A stretch of DNA of 58,209 bases, filler included, from Sphacelaria rigidula (GCA_964200075.2; 7 parts of 7 records of this genome joined end to end with filler, not necessarily neighbours in it); one strand, 5' to 3'. Shown: positions 39,005 through 51,779, numbered from the whole stretch's first letter. Translations and numbers: made by a program. Notes: generated by a model from the sequence alone, not told the origin.

Positions 39005-39643
39005 GCACAGGTGAAGCGGCGCAGAGGATGCAGCTGAACCGGAGGATTACAGGTTGGAATCAGGTTGGGCATGATGAGGTTGTTGTTGCTGTTGTAGTTG
39101 GTGAGGGTGTTGCAGTTGAAGTTCACCTTGCTGCGGTGATGACTGGATCTGGTTGTTGGTGGCAGCTGCGGAGGATTGCGGGGGGTTGCGGAGGGTTGCG
39201 GGGAAATTGTATACAGTGCGCGTAACCTGCACCGCTGAAGTCGCTGCTATCTTCCAACACTCACCCGTCTTCTTCCGTTCCGTTCCACTGTTGTCCGTCG
39301 TGGCTACTCTCTTCGTACCCCCCTTTGTCACCGTAAAGTTGCACGGTGTTGATCATAATCGAATGTACTTACGCTCCAGGATCTGCCTGGATACGAGGGA
39401 AATAGATATGGAGATTGGATCATGACATGCAGGGGAAATACGAATAAGAGATCATTTTGTTATTTAAGGTATACCCGATGTAGTGGTTGCAGGGCATATC
39501 TGCTGGGGTGGCACACGCCTTTTCGCGTGCCGAAAATCTGGGATTATGACATGTCATTTTGTATGAGCGTTTTTCCCAGGAATGACTACCCCACTTCTTT
39601 CAGTTGTGTGTTACGTGTGTGAGAGTGGGCAAATGTGCGTAAA

Positions 39644-41386
39644 TTAATTACATGAACGATACCTGGTCTCAACTGGCCACGGCAGGCCTACAACTTCCCG
39701 CGACAATGCACCCGGTGCATGAGGCTTCCTATTAGACCGATCCGTAGGAATGAGTCCCAGGGGAGGCTGATGTCCTCCGTGACGTGGTTGATTCTGGGTG
39801 GGATGCGCATGACGTACCCCCGAATCGACTTGCGGCGTCACTACTCTACGCCATGGGCAAAAAGTATGCATGTGGCCCAGTTCGTCGCATGTGATGCATC
39901 GTTTATGGGGGTCGGCGTGGTGAATTGGGGGTTTGTTGCCTATAGGGCCATATAACCCATCAGGATAAGCTGAATAACCATACCCACCTTGCGGCGGGTC
40001 GTAGTACGGTAGTTGGCTGCCGGGGTGAGCATCTCCGCCCCCGCGCCCCGAAGTACCGTACCTGTGACCAAATCCACGCCCTGCGCCCCGTCCTCCACGT
40101 CTCACTTGCTGCTGATGTTGCTGGGGTTGCTGGCGTTGTTGCTGCCGTTGTTGTTGCTGAGTGAGCTGCGGTGATTGGGTGTGAATCCTACCGCGTCCAC
40201 TGCCCCCACGTCCTCCAAAACTGTCTGTACTTTGGTATTGCTGCTGGCGAACACCATTCCACGCACCACGATCACCATGACTTTCTTGTGCGTGCATGTT
40301 TCGTTGTGCGTGGCCGTCAGAGTCATAGTGATGGGTCGTATTGTGGAAATGACAAAAAACATCACCCTGCTGTCGACGTCTCTCCCCGCCCTGTTGTCGT
40401 CCACTTTGCAGCACGCCCCCATCTCGGCCACCCCCAGCGGCAGCGACGAGCGCGTGGCCTTGTACCCCATCCTGATTCCTTCCTGCCCTACTCCTGGCCA
40501 GTTCCATCTCACCATGCGCCATCATCACCTTGCGCTCCAGGGTATCTGTTGTTACTTCATCGAAAGCAAGCAATACACCACGAACGATGTCGAAGTCACT
40601 TGAAAGGCGGCGTATGTAGTACCGATTCGCATCTGCATATGATATCACGACTCCAAACCTAGTATGTTTGTACCGTATCAATTTCGCTCTATCTAGAAAC
40701 ATACGGGGGTCCTCTCCCAAGTTCATATCGAGTGCCTGCCATGCATGGTTCAACTGTGCCTTTTCGGTGGTTGGAGAAACGGTGTAGTAGTCAACGACGT
40801 ACTTCCATCCCTCGCTGGGGTTTCCCAGTCTCACTAGTTGTTGTACGACAAGCGGATTGAAAGTATTTGCTTCGACTAATATGCTCCATGCTCTGCTGGC
40901 TTTCCCCACCAACTCGGTCCCGTACCTCTCGATCAAATCCCGCTCATTATCAAAATGTACCCTAATTGGAAAATATGTGTAAAGAGCCTCTTCACAGGAC
41001 TCTTGCTTAAAGTACGCTGTCATGTGTAGCTTGAAAACCATGAACTTATCTCTTACATCCTCATCACTCTTCGCCGTACCATCCCACGCTGCAATACTGT
41101 TATGCGAACGTACCCTCAAAATGCCAGGCTGTACCATCTGGGCTTGACCCTGTGTATGCAGGGGTGCGTCTCGAACGTCTTGAAATGCTGCTGTAGTAGT
41201 CGTAGGTTGGAATCGTTGTTGCGGGGGCGTAGCTCTTGTTGCTGACACGCGCGCTATCAGTCTTGGATCCTCTTCTTGTGCTTGACTTTGTTGTCGCAGT
41301 TCTTTCTTCTGTTTCTCTTGCTCCTGGATGTATCCCGATAGTATCTCCCTCACCGCGTCTGGGTCGGCATCTTGTATCTTGGTCAT
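39644..41386 (-). CDS. Copia Gag (580 aa, open)
   Basis: Long ORF with a Copia-like capsid region, Q/G-rich linker and CCHC knuckle. Confidence 0.85.
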   Translation of the reverse strand: MTKIQDADPDAVREILSGYIQEQEKQKKELRQQSQAQEEDPRLIARVSATRATPPQQRFQPTTTTAAFQDVRDAPLHTQGQAQMVQPGILRVRSHNSIAAWDGTAKSDEDVRDKFMVFKLHMTAYFKQESCEEALYTYFPIRVHFDNERDLIERYGTELVGKASRAWSILVEANTFNPLVVQQLVRLGNPSEGWKYVVDYYTVSPTTEKAQLNHAWQALDMNLGEDPRMFLDRAKLIRYKHTRFGVVISYADANRYYIRRLSSDFDIVRGVLLAFDEVTTDTLERKVMMAHGEMELARSRAGRNQDGVQGHALVAAAGGGRDGGVLQSGRQQGGERRRQQGDVFCHFHNTTHHYDSDGHAQRNMHAQESHGDRGAWNGVRQQQYQSTDSFGGRGGSGRGRIHTQSPQLTQQQQRQQQRQQPQQHQQQVRRGGRGAGRGFGHRYGTSGRGGGDAHPGSQLPYYDPPQGGYGYSAYPDGLYGPIGNKPPIHHADPHKRCITCDELGHMHTFCPWRRVVTPQVDSGVRHAHPTQNQPRHGGHQPPLGLIPTDRSNRKPHAPGALSREVVGLPWPVETRYRSCN

Positions 41387-41650
41387 AATGTTGTCTACTT
41401 AACAGAGGATTCTACAAAATGAGGTTCATCAATGAAATGAGGTTTAAGCTCAAAACAGTACTTTCTCCATACTTTCAGCGATGGTGCCCGATGACTTTTT
41501 TGTCGGCCTAATGCCACTCGCTTGCGTAGATACTTTTTGTGGGCTGTTTTNNNNNNNNNNNNNNNNNNNNNNNNNNNNNNNNNNNNNNNNNNNNTTAATT
41601 AATTAANNNNNNNNNNNNNNNNNNNNNNNNNNNNNNNNNNNNNNNNNNNN

Positions 41651-42503
41651 GCGGGGATCTAGGACGAGGGTGCCCCGAGCAAAACTGGCTGAAGTGCCTC
41701 CGGGACGATAATCAAGCTTTCGGGGCCACGAACGGCTCTACGGACGACAACCGACAGACGTTCGGAGTTGAAAGCGCCCTCTGGCCTTCAGCAGCGAAGA
41801 GGGGAGGGGGGATATACCATGGCACGGAGAGGTTCATGACCTCTTGGCACAAGATCGAGGAAGAGGCCAGCCGACTACGTGCGATGAAATGGGAGCTTTG
41901 AGGATAGGAGGGAGGAGATGAAATAATGCGTAACCAGCTTGTATTGAACTGAAAATAGCGGGAGTGGCAGGACCCCATCATCTCCCCTTGTATTATTTCT
42001 CTGCTAACTGCTGACTCCAACGCACCCCTCCCCCCGAGGTGGTGTGTGTTGTTATGCGGTGCTGTTCCTGTCGCGCCTAGTCTATTTGTACGCATAGCTG
42101 TCCCTCTAGAGGTACAACGTTAGAATCCTGCGACTCCTATCGTTTTGAATGGTAATCGTGGCTCTCGAGCTTGGCTCCACTCCTGTTTGGCCTCGCGAGT
42201 TGAGTGGACCAATCGGCCCTGCCTCCAGTAGTCCGAATGGTCGCGTATAACATGGGAACCTTTAGGGCTAGCAGTAGTCTTTTTTTTCTTCCACTTCTTC
42301 TTCTTTTCTAGTATTTTCATCTTGAATTTTTATTTATTTATTTTGTATCGCATGTATGTGAATTGTTCCTGGGTCCGATTTTATCTCATGATTTTATTTT
42401 ACCGTAGCTTGGGGGCAGTCAGCCTGTGACCACGGAAGGCGTCCGCATCAGATGCCCCGTACAGAGTACTGCGCAAATATCGAAACGGTTTTTAATGTAA
42501 ACA

Positions 42504-42539
<36 letters not shown>

Positions 42540-42560
42540 CAACAACAACAACAACAACAA
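41651..42560 (+). mobile_element. 3' end of RTE-like LINE (same family as 4785-8150), probably with 3' UTR and (CAG)n(CAA)n tail
   Basis: 41680-41885 aligns by eye with 7915-8115 (GAAGTGCCT…GAGTTGA.AGCG.CCTCTGG…GAGGCCAGC.GACTACGTGCGA); UTR extent is inferred. Confidence 0.7.
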
Positions 42561-42679
42561 CCGGGAATCAAACCCTTGTTCTCTCCACCCCAATGGCGAC
42601 AGTCGGACTATCACACCACCGGGGTGCGGCGACTTGCTCGAGAATACACCGCAAGGCCGCCGCTCCCCCTGCGGTGATA

Positions 42680-42760
42680 ATTAAAGTGGTACACCAATGG
42701 TCATTAGTCAGCTAGGGCGGAAGGTTGCGGGTTCGAATCCCGACAGATACAATCTTTAGC
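42680..42760 (+). mobile_element. tRNA-derived SINE head / tRNA remnant
   Basis: B-box/T-arm GCGGGTTCGAATCCCG; no complete cloverleaf. Confidence 0.45.
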
Positions 42761-43047
42761 GGTAGAATCCATCGTTGAAACAAAGGCTCGAGGACGGAGG
42801 ATCGACGGGTATTCGGGAGGTCCATGTAAGATGCTCTACACGGTACCTTCACCTGTGGAAAATAATCGCCAATTAAGCTTACACTGTGGTACTCGTACAG
42901 AAGTACGTGACGGGATGTACTGAGAGCAACCGAGGCCCTCTGAATCTGTTATTGCAGCGTCAGTAGATCCTCATGTAGAGGCGGGGTATTCTGCGGGAGC
43001 TTCCACGTGATCTTCGGAAGGTTGAAGGTTTTGAGGGCAGGTCGTTG

Positions 43048-43627
43048 AGGGTATACCCGATATTCTAGTATTTTGAAAAATGGGGATCCCACCTATGCCC
43101 ACAGCTGTAGCCAGGCCGGTGCTGTTCCCCTCTCGAAAACCTATACAAATCCTTGTTACTCACTGAGGAAGGTGATTTGCAACTGTCTGAAATACCAAAA
43201 TATCCAGGATATACACGTTACACGTGACGTTGTACGTGACATATTCGAAAAACGTAAAATTGGGTCATTTAACGCTACGCAAGGTTTGATTTTTTGGATG
43301 AAACAAATGTAACGTAACGTGGTGTAACGTGTGGTCCTTCGCATGAACCCTCGCAGAGCGTTTTACTTTCTAAATTTGGCGAAAACTCTGCTTGTTTTCG
43401 TAAATAAGTCACGTAAAACGTCACGTTAAAAATTCACAAAAAACAGCATTTTTCTTACATCTGGAAAGCCCCAAGAGACACTGCTTCAAGGTCAACACGT
43501 TACATCACGTTACGTGACATTTGTCTCATCCAAAAAAACAAAATGACCAAAAGTTACGTTTTTTCGAATATGTTACGTAAAACGTCGCGTGTAACGTGTA
43601 TATCCCTGACAATATCGGGTATACCCT
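43048..43627. mobile_element. Small inverted-repeat element whose right arm is interrupted by a hAT MITE
   Basis: AGGGTATACCCGATATTCTAGTATTT pairs with AAATACCAAAATATC[insert]GGGTATACCCT. Confidence 0.6.
43205..43608. mobile_element. 404-bp hAT-type MITE
   Basis: TIRs CAGGATATACACGTTACACGTGACGTT / AACGTCGCGTGTAACGTGTATATCCCTG; TSD AAAATATC/ACAATATC; same ACGTTACACG motif as 11712-13058. Confidence 0.85.
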
Positions 43628-44431
43628 GCCCGACACGTCCTTGGAACGTTTCAAGAGTCGGACGAATTGACGATTCGTCCGGAAATTACCTGGTTCTAGT
43701 GTGATTGATTCGTACGGCACGAATCAATCCTTAGGCTTTGTTTTCGGCGTTGCAACCCAGGTACGCCAAGCCCAGGCACGTGGAATGGCGCAAAAGTTGC
43801 GTGGAGACCTGTTTGACCACCAGTCGACTTCTATCTCTCTTCCGAGCAACCAGGTATAAGAAATCGTGGATTTGGTGATTCAAATCGGCCATGATTCGTC
43901 CGAACTGTGGAAGGTTTCAAGAAGGAGGATCCAGAACAGTAGCTGCGGGAATTCTCTGCGGGTGGTTTCCGAATGTTCTTCGGAAGGTTTCCAGAAGGTT
44001 CGACGAGCTGGGCCAGGCGACAGTATTTTTTGTTGGTTGACAGGTGACGCATCCTGAAATTTTGACACGAGACATTTATTATCAAGACGCGGAACCCGTT
44101 TCAAGCAACCACGAAAAAGAAAAAATTAGAAAATGAAAGCAATTTGAAATTTCAGCAAAAAAACAAAAAATGTCATCACTCGATGAAAAAAACGTGGGTT
44201 GCCTGATTCACGAATTTTGGAGTTTCACCCTCCATTTTCACCAGAGGCATACATTTTTGCAATCAACCCTTCAAGACGAGTCGGTACTCTCAAAAGCTAT
44301 CTCATCCCATCTCTTTTCCCCGGTACCTGCTACCTGCCCTGCAATTCATCACCCGAGAATTGGATCATGACCATCAGCACCCTGTCGACCTTCGTCGGAT
44401 TTATCGAAAAAGAACAACAAAACCGTTTCAC

Positions 44432-44566
44432 CTCGTTGGTGGTGCCCAGAGCCCTTTTTCTTCGTAAGCCCCCGTGTGTGACGATAGAGTAGACCAGGGG
44501 AGGGAAGAGCTCAGTCCAATTCCTCGGCCAATCCACCCTGGCGATCTTAGCCGCCAGCACCGATAG
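44432..44566 (-). CDS. IPO11: Importin-11 exon (N-terminal HEAT region)
   Basis: 135-nt phase-0 exon (GCCAG|CTA … GAG|GTGAAA) encoding LSVLAAKIARVDWPRNWTELFPPLVYSI…RKRAL, matching the recalled importin-11 motif AKxARxDxPxxWxEL. Confidence 0.8.
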
Positions 44567-45719
44567 CTGGCCGGGACATGAGCAAGGCACATCGATCGCA
44601 CAGCGGAAAAAAAAAGGGTAACGGGTTGGTTTCGGGTTAGGAAATACAAGTGTGAAGAAAAGGTGGGAGTGATATCTGTACTGCAGTACGCCCTCCTCAA
44701 AGGTATACATATGTGGATTCGCAACAGCACATGATTGGGTGACAGCCAAATACGTACATATTGAAGCTCGGTTAGAAAATACAATTTCAATACGAGCTGG
44801 GTAGGGCAACAGTTCCTCTTCGCGGTTGGCAGGTGACGCGCTGCTTGAGATTAGGAGTTAAGCGCTGAAAGACACGGAATATATTCGAATCAGCAAAGAA
44901 GATGAAAGGGCAATATGCAAAGAAGGGTACACCCTTATGCTTTTGGAGCAAAAAAAGGTAACGCATTTTTCGCTTTGGGGCGCGGCGCTGCACGCTGGTT
45001 GAACACCTCGAAAAAATGTTCCAGCGCTCCAGACCCACGCCCAAGATCCCTAGGCAGCATATCCGACCATTTTTTTTTCACCTTCACAAGTGCTACTGGG
45101 CCGAACTACCGCGCCGAAAATGAGAGCCTGTAAGAGTACCCTTTTATGGAAGCAAAACAGGAGGGTATACCCTGCCCTCTGCTAAAACAATATACCTCCT
45201 TTATTTTGGTATACCGTTGTCCCTTTTCTGTCGAGTAATGACCCTTTTTTGTGAAGTGGTGACCGTACCGCCGTGTCAGCGCAAGCTACGCCGAGCAGTC
45301 ACATCCATAGCTATTTTCGGTAAAACTACACCCCGCCAAAAAAGGCCGAAACCCAACGACCAGGAGAGTGTAGTTCCATTGTTGGTTGGCCCGAACACCT
45401 GGAAGATCCAACGATGCATACAGGTCCCTTATGTGCCGGATCTCACGAAGATCCAACGAACACGGATGAACATCTTGCCGACACACCGACACACCAGCCC
45501 GAACGGCATCACGCGGGGGCGGCAACGTAAGACCGTTGCCGGATCTGCAATTTGCGGCTCGGAAACGGAGATGGACACCGACCGGATTTCGGATTGGAGC
45601 AAGAACGCCTGAATCCAACGCCGTAGACTGCAATCAGCTGTCTTTCTCTAATCGCAAGACACTACCTGGAGTATGTATCTTCCCACTTTGTCCGTGCGGT
45701 CCACCGTCGAAGATACACG

Positions 45720-46085
45720 TTTCCTACCCTTCATTCGCATGGTATGGATCATGGGTATACGTTTCTCCCCTTTCACTCATGCAGCATGAATCATACCTTC
45801 ATGTTCCCTCCCCACCTTCCATTCATACGGCATGAATTAAAGGTACATGTTTCTCCACTTCTATACATGCAGCATGAACCATAGGTACATGTTCCCCACC
45901 TTCCGTTTATACGAGATGAATCAAGCGTACATGTTTACCAATTCCATTCATGCAGCATGACTCATACCTTCATGTTCCCACCTTTCATTCATACGGGATG
46001 AATCAAGTGCACATGGTCTCCACCTGCGATTCATGCAAGATAAATCAACTGTACATATTTCCCACCCATGATTCGTATGATCCCA
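45720..46085. repeat. Degenerate minisatellite (~36-nt units)
   Basis: Recurrent CATGTT(T)CCCACCTTCCATTCAT(ACGG/GCAG)CATGAATCA. Confidence 0.8.
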
Positions 46086-46568
46086 CTTGAAGTGTGCACA
46101 TTCCCGGTTCGTGATTAGTGCGTCACGATCTCGAACGCACACATTCACCATCCGTGATTTATACCGGGTGACTCTTCTGTATATGCTTCGCACTCCACAT
46201 TCATGGGGAGTCAGCCCGTATGAACCACACCCTGGACGAGGAAAATATCACGTAGTCAAAAAACGTACTGCCTACAGTATGGCATATGCTGTCTTCTGCA
46301 ATAGACTTAACGAGTTAATAGTCGATACTGTACATAGTACACTTTTTGACTGTAATATATAATATAGTACTTTCATTATCGAGGATGTGGTATGAACTCT
46401 GGTTCGTTCGAACCGTGCAGTACTCAGTTAAGCCTATGACTGAGAACAACATACAGTACCCACCGGTTGCTGAGGATGTCAAGGTTGGAAGAATACCTAA
46501 ACAACGCCCAGTACGAATAAAAAAAAAAACAGGTGTTCGGAACGCTCCTTGCCGTGGATACGGGGGGG

Positions 46569-46890
46569 TGTACTCATGATCATGCATGCCATAGTCATCA
46601 GACCATTGGATACGGGGGGGGGAAGGGGTGTACTCATGGTACTGCATGCCGTAGTCATCTGATCATTGACCTCGCATCCCGACAAAGCTGGGACGGAGCA
46701 CGCCGGGCTTTCGCCGGATCAGGCTCGCAATCAACCACTAAACGCGCAGCGCCGTGATGGGTTCGGCGAGTCGCGTGAGTGGTGAACCTTATCCTGCCAA
46801 GATTGTTCGGCCCGAAGCGTCTTGGTTATCTTGCATATCGCAACTTCTAGATACAGTCATGGGTTACATTGCCTCATGGGTGTCTCACCG
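46569..46890 (-). mobile_element. 3' half of the direct-repeat SINE-like element with duplicated tail
   Basis: Matches 21857-22130; tail ATGATCATGAGTACA(C)n occurs twice. Confidence 0.75.
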
Positions 46891-46895
46891 GGGGG

Positions 46896-47990
46896 GTACT
46901 CATTTGTTGCTTGCCTTGGCCGTTTGACCATTGACCACGCATCCGTTTCGAGACGGAGCAGGCAGGGGGGGGGGGGGGGCTCATTTGTTGCTTGCCTTAG
47001 TCATTTGACCATTGACCACGCATCCCTTTCGAGGCGGAGCATTTTTTCGGGGGGTACTCATTTGTTGCTCGCCTTAGTCGTTTGACCATTGACCATGCAT
47101 CCCCTTCGAGGCGGAGCGTCGTTCCTACCCCTTATAGAGACACCTTCAACATTCCGGTGCTCATTACGTTTCTTCCATACATTACACAAAAACCTTTTAC
47201 ATACCCTATCCCCGGCCGTTTTCGCCGTCTGTGGCTATCATCTATTTCCTAGTGTAGCCATCGTTTTCGCACTACTGTCTAGTGCATCAAACATAGTTTT
47301 ACCACCTTGGTGTGCGTCCCGCTTTCCCCCCTCTACCACGTCCCGTTCCTCCTTGTGTAGTTCACATTCTGCAACTATGAGTTCTGCTCTCTATTGCTTT
47401 GCCCCAGTGGCAGTTCTGTGCATCTACCTCCTCCTCTCGGCAACTGGTATATTTCTGTCTGCTTTCTGGCAGGTCCAGGTCCCCCACCCGGAATCGCAGT
47501 TTCAAGTTGTCGCGGAGTTCACTGGGCCGTGCAGATATGTTTTCATCCCTATCCCCTCTCTCAACACGCCGATATCTCCAGGTGTTCTTCCTCGTCTACT
47601 TTCTGTATGAGCGTTTAGTTTTCTCTTATATCTATCATGTCTCTTGCTTTTGTCATATCCCCCCCGCCTTAACCCATAGACAACTTCTCGTCTTGGTTTC
47701 CTCCTATCTCCTTCCATACTTTCTCGACTACTCTATCCCGCCTTTCTCAAGCCTGTCCCTTTATCATGTGCTTCCATACAGCCCTGCCATAAAATGTCTT
47801 TCTCTTCGTTCTCTTTACGCTATATTGCAATTTCAGTTTTCCCACGCCTCTGTCTCTTCTGAGTGGGTACATTCACGATTGTGCTCTCGAAGCTGTATTA
47901 CTCGTCGTTTTTGAGCATTCAAGTATTCTATTTTTCGACACAGGAGTTGTAGCGCAGTTAGACGTATGAGTGATCTTTCGATCTCAGCTT
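46896..47990 (-). mobile_element. 5'-truncated LINE family 2 with CCHC-like C-terminus and triplicated 3' tail
   Basis: Minus strand …KAIESRTH…ECELHKEERDV…TLGNR*PQTAK; tail GGTCAATGGTCAAA.GACTAAGGC.AGCAACAAATGAG repeated at 46896, 46980, 47055 between G runs. Confidence 0.8.
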
Positions 47991-48084
47991 TCGTTCCCAC
48001 GTTTAGCATTCCCATTTTCTCGGGTTCACGTTCATCCAGCGAGGATTTCCGTCCTTCCAGCGATGATTTCCATTCATTTTATAC

Positions 48085-48870
48085 GTTGGGCACTGCATGG
48101 GCACACATCCGAAAGTATTGGTTTCCATTCTACGCTCGACCCAACACCCAGCTATCGTGAAAAAGTCCGGCTGCTCAAAGCGGACGTGGTGGAAGCTCTG
48201 CTCTGCGGATGTGCTACATGGACGCTGCGTTGAGAGGACTTCGACGGTTTGCGCATTGCCCGCCACAAGCTTTTGCTGCGAGTGGCTGGATTCCGCAGGA
48301 AAGACCGGACGGGCTACAACGCTCGTTCGTACAGAGCTGTACTCGAGATGACGAACTATCTAACTGCGAATGTATCAACACGACGATCCGCAAGCGTCAT
48401 ATCTGGTTCGCGGGGCCCCTTACCAGGCAGGAGGACAAAGCACGTATCTCAAAACGCGTTATGCGCGGACGGTTAGCCGCACTACAGTAGGGCTCAAGGA
48501 GACTGGCCGCCTCCCCCAAACACTGGGGGGACAGTCTCCAGGAGAACCTACGCGCACTAGGGGTTCCTTTCACGCAAGAAGCACAACGGTAACGTTTCAT
48601 CTGCGGTGTGGGGGTCACCGACGCCAACGACTAATAGGTCACTGCAACGAAGAACATGGGCAAAAGGCATCTTGGAGTGGAGGAAGGTGCGGAAGGGTTC
48701 GAGGACATGTGGCGACGCGAAGACAATCGCGAATCGGACCCTCTGCCACAACCGAGAGGCTGCTGCGTCGAGAGCCGCCAACCAGAGAGCTGCCACCGCT
48801 AACACAACAACGACAGCTCGCGAGGAAACCAGGATAGAAACGGCCGAGAGAATGAATCCCGTTGTACCCG
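48085..48870 (+). mobile_element. 5'-truncated RTE-like LINE fragment
   Basis: AWAHIRKY, KVRLLKADVVEALLCGCATWTLR, HKLLLRVAGF, RISKRVMRGRL; homologous to the C-terminus at 7500-7870. Confidence 0.85.
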
Positions 48871-49647
48871 CATAGGGATGAGTCGGGGAAGGTGGGCTAA
48901 CACGGACGCTGATGCACCCCTCCCTGTCTTTTCCTGTCGGCTGTCGATTATTTCCTTGGTCGGTGGAGCAATCGCTAGCACGACAACAGCGACAGCTCGC
49001 GAGAACTCTTGAGTGGAAATGGCCGAGATAATGATTCCCTTTGCAACCGACTAAGGACGAGCGGGGGAAGCCGGGTTAATGCGAAAACTGATGAGCACCT
49101 GTCTCCTTCTATCGGTTGTTCATTTCTTCCTTGGCCGGCGGTCTTGCGGTACTCCCCGGTTCGTGTGTTAGTACATGCTCTACTGTACAGTGTTGTTTTC
49201 GGGGTTCATAGCTTCTGTAGTCGACCTCTCCCCTGTTCTTTCAGTTCTCCCCCCATCTCCCTATCTTTTGTGCGTGTGCTATTTCCTCCCGGTGTATGCA
49301 AGTCGCGGTATGGCGTCTCGCTTCCTCAGGGTTCATGGGCAAGAGCCGATACCCAAACTAGTGCGGCCAAAAAAGAGATGAGCCGCGATCAATTCGCCGC
49401 GGCTTTGTTTTGTTCTCGACGAGTATGAATGAATGCGTATGCCGCTGCGCAAGAGTTTTGTCCAACCTGAAGCCACGTATGTTGCAGAGGCCGGTCAATT
49501 TTGTTTTTCGTTTCTGTCTCGTGAGTTGCTTTTGCTGTCTGTCTGCTTGCTTGTTTGCATGTTTTTGTGTTTCCTTTTTGTTTTGTCTTTGCTCTACGTT
49601 TTTGCTCTCACCTACTCCTTGTGTCTCTTCCACCGTTCTGTCTGCTT

Positions 49648-49776
49648 CACTTTCCTTCAGCGGATGTTTGTTTTCCGGGGAGTGTACTCATGATCATGCC
49701 ATAGTCAATGGTCTTATGACTATGGCATGATCATGAGTACACCCCCCGGGAAACAAACATCCGCTGAAGGAAAGTG
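49648..49776. repeat. 60-bp-arm hairpin with 9-nt loop
   Basis: Arms 49648-49707 and 49717-49776 are reverse complements with 2 differences. Confidence 0.95.
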
Positions 49777-50175
49777 GCGGGCGGGGGGGGGGGGGGGGGG
49801 GGGGGTTATATGGTGGACAGGGGGTGCAGCTTTGGGCGGGGGGGGGGGTATGGGGGGGGAAGTTTTTGTGGGTAAAAGAANNNNNNNNNNNNNNNNNNNN
49901 NNNNNNNNNNNNNNNNNNNNNNNNTTAATTAATTAANNNNNNNNNNNNNNNNNNNNNNNNNNNNNNNNNNNNNNNNNNNNCTCCATGTGAATTCGACATG
50001 GAGGGGGTGATGACCCTACGCTATCCGTACTGGTTATATCTTCTGTACTTTTGTTTGCATGTAAGGTGGTCGACCTTCATGCTGTTGTTTACATGTCTAG
50101 GTTTTGGATTTATTTTCGTCTTTCGTTTGTTATGATACGATGGGGAAGAATCTCGGTTATTTTCCGCGATTCTAC

Positions 50176-50570
50176 GTCTATGTCCGGGCTGTGTTCTGGT
50201 AGGTTAGATAAAAAAGGAGGGTTAGCTTCTCTATTCCATGTCTATGTCCGGGCTGTGTTAGAGTAAGTCGAATAAAAAGGAGGGTTAGCTTACCTACTTC
50301 ATGTCTATGTCCAGGATGTGTTAAAGTAGGTTAGATAAAAAAAGGAGGGTTAGCTTCTCTATTCCATGTCTCTGTCCGGGCTGTGTTATAGTAGGTTAAA
50401 TAAAAAAGGAGGGTTAGCTTCTCTATTTCATGCCTCTACCCGGGCTGTGTTAGATTAGGTTAAATAAAAAAGGAGGGTTAGCTTCTCTATTTCATGTCTG
50501 TGTCCAGGCTGTGTTAGAGTAGGACAAATAACAAAGGAGGGTAAGCTTCTCTATTTCATGTCTATGTCCA
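50176..50570. repeat. ~60-bp tandem minisatellite, ~6.5 units
   Basis: GTCTATGTCCGGGCTGTGTTAGAGTAGGTTAGATAAAAAAGGAGGGTTAGCTTCTCTATTCCAT repeated. Confidence 0.95.
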
Positions 50571-51779
50571 GGGGGTATCGCGGCATCGCTCGTTCGCCGT
50601 TGCCTTCCATGAGTACCATCATTCTTGCCCACAACATGGCTGTTGTACCCCGTTTTGGCCACTACTGGTTGCACTATATCTTCTCGTGTCTACAGTGGGG
50701 GTCCGATCGATTAGCAGTAATGGATGGTTATTTTGCGCTGAAATGGTCCTTGCCTCGCCGGTCACGTCGACACGTCATCGGGGTTTCAAACACGATACAT
50801 GTACTGAATCTTGGTTGACGTAAGTACGCGCAGCTGATTCTGCCACCACCCTCAGCAGCACACCTTGAGATGAAAATGATACTGCCCCCTCACCATCCAC
50901 ACACCAAACATGACAAACCAAGGACAGTATGCACTACCCTGCTTCATACACGCATACATGAACAGACGCAGCACCAATCGGCACGGACAGTGACAGCACT
51001 AACGAACAGAAACGGTCGCAGCAGCGACGTACAGGAGAGCAGAACCAAAAGGCACCAACAGTCGCAGCACACAAGAGAGAGCAACAAGCACGGTGCTGAT
51101 AGGCATGGATGAACACTGTAGTAACCCACAGAGATGTCGATGGTGCCAATAGCGGCAGCTCGCTGCCCGTCTCCTAGCCTTTCCAAGTGGTGTATGAGGG
51201 GTGCTTACGCCGAGGACGGCATACCAGCCAGGACAACCAATACCAGCTGCATTCGTTGGAGAAACCTTCGCTGACCGCTGTACCGCGTTCACTGTGCTGT
51301 ACCCTGAGTGACTTTTTCCTGGCCACTACCCACACTTGAATCGGCGTTCACGGCTCAAGCGTTTGGTATCGTGATATTGCTCTTGGCTGACGCGCTTTCC
51401 GTCCTGTTCTCGTCGTCCACTCGATTCAGCCCAATTCTCACGTTTTGCGCGCTGATCAAGTTGTATCCGTAACATCAAAGGGGGGCCAGGATGAGATTTC
51501 GAAACTTTCCCCCCTCTCCTCCCCGCCCAGAAGGAGTGAAGAAACAAGCAGAGAAGGCACTGGGATACACCATGAAATGGAGAGGGACGGCAAACGTCAA
51601 AGATGCGCGGCAGTTGTACGCAGCGAAGATAATGATAAACCCTGTACAACTCGAATGAACTTTGAGCTGCGAGATTTTTCCGATCGTAGATGGGTATACG
51701 TGCTTTGGCATAGAGATTCAAAAGAAAACTGTCCTCGCGGTGCACACACAGACAAAGTAATGAGAAGGTATAAGGCACA

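Larger units (their letters stand above)
33570..41550 (-). mobile_element. Ty1/Copia LTR retrotransposon, pol disrupted; 5' LTR beyond contig end
   Basis: Order gag-PR-IN-RT-RH: CITCDELGHMHTFC; WISDNGASHH; VHLDLTGP/RMDNGGEF/QNAVVEN; HFDIEQAFV/LYGLEQA/HVDD; TEAEY/EDNQG/KHIDVRHHFIR. Putative 3' LTR ~33570-34016 after a purine-rich tract. Confidence 0.95.
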
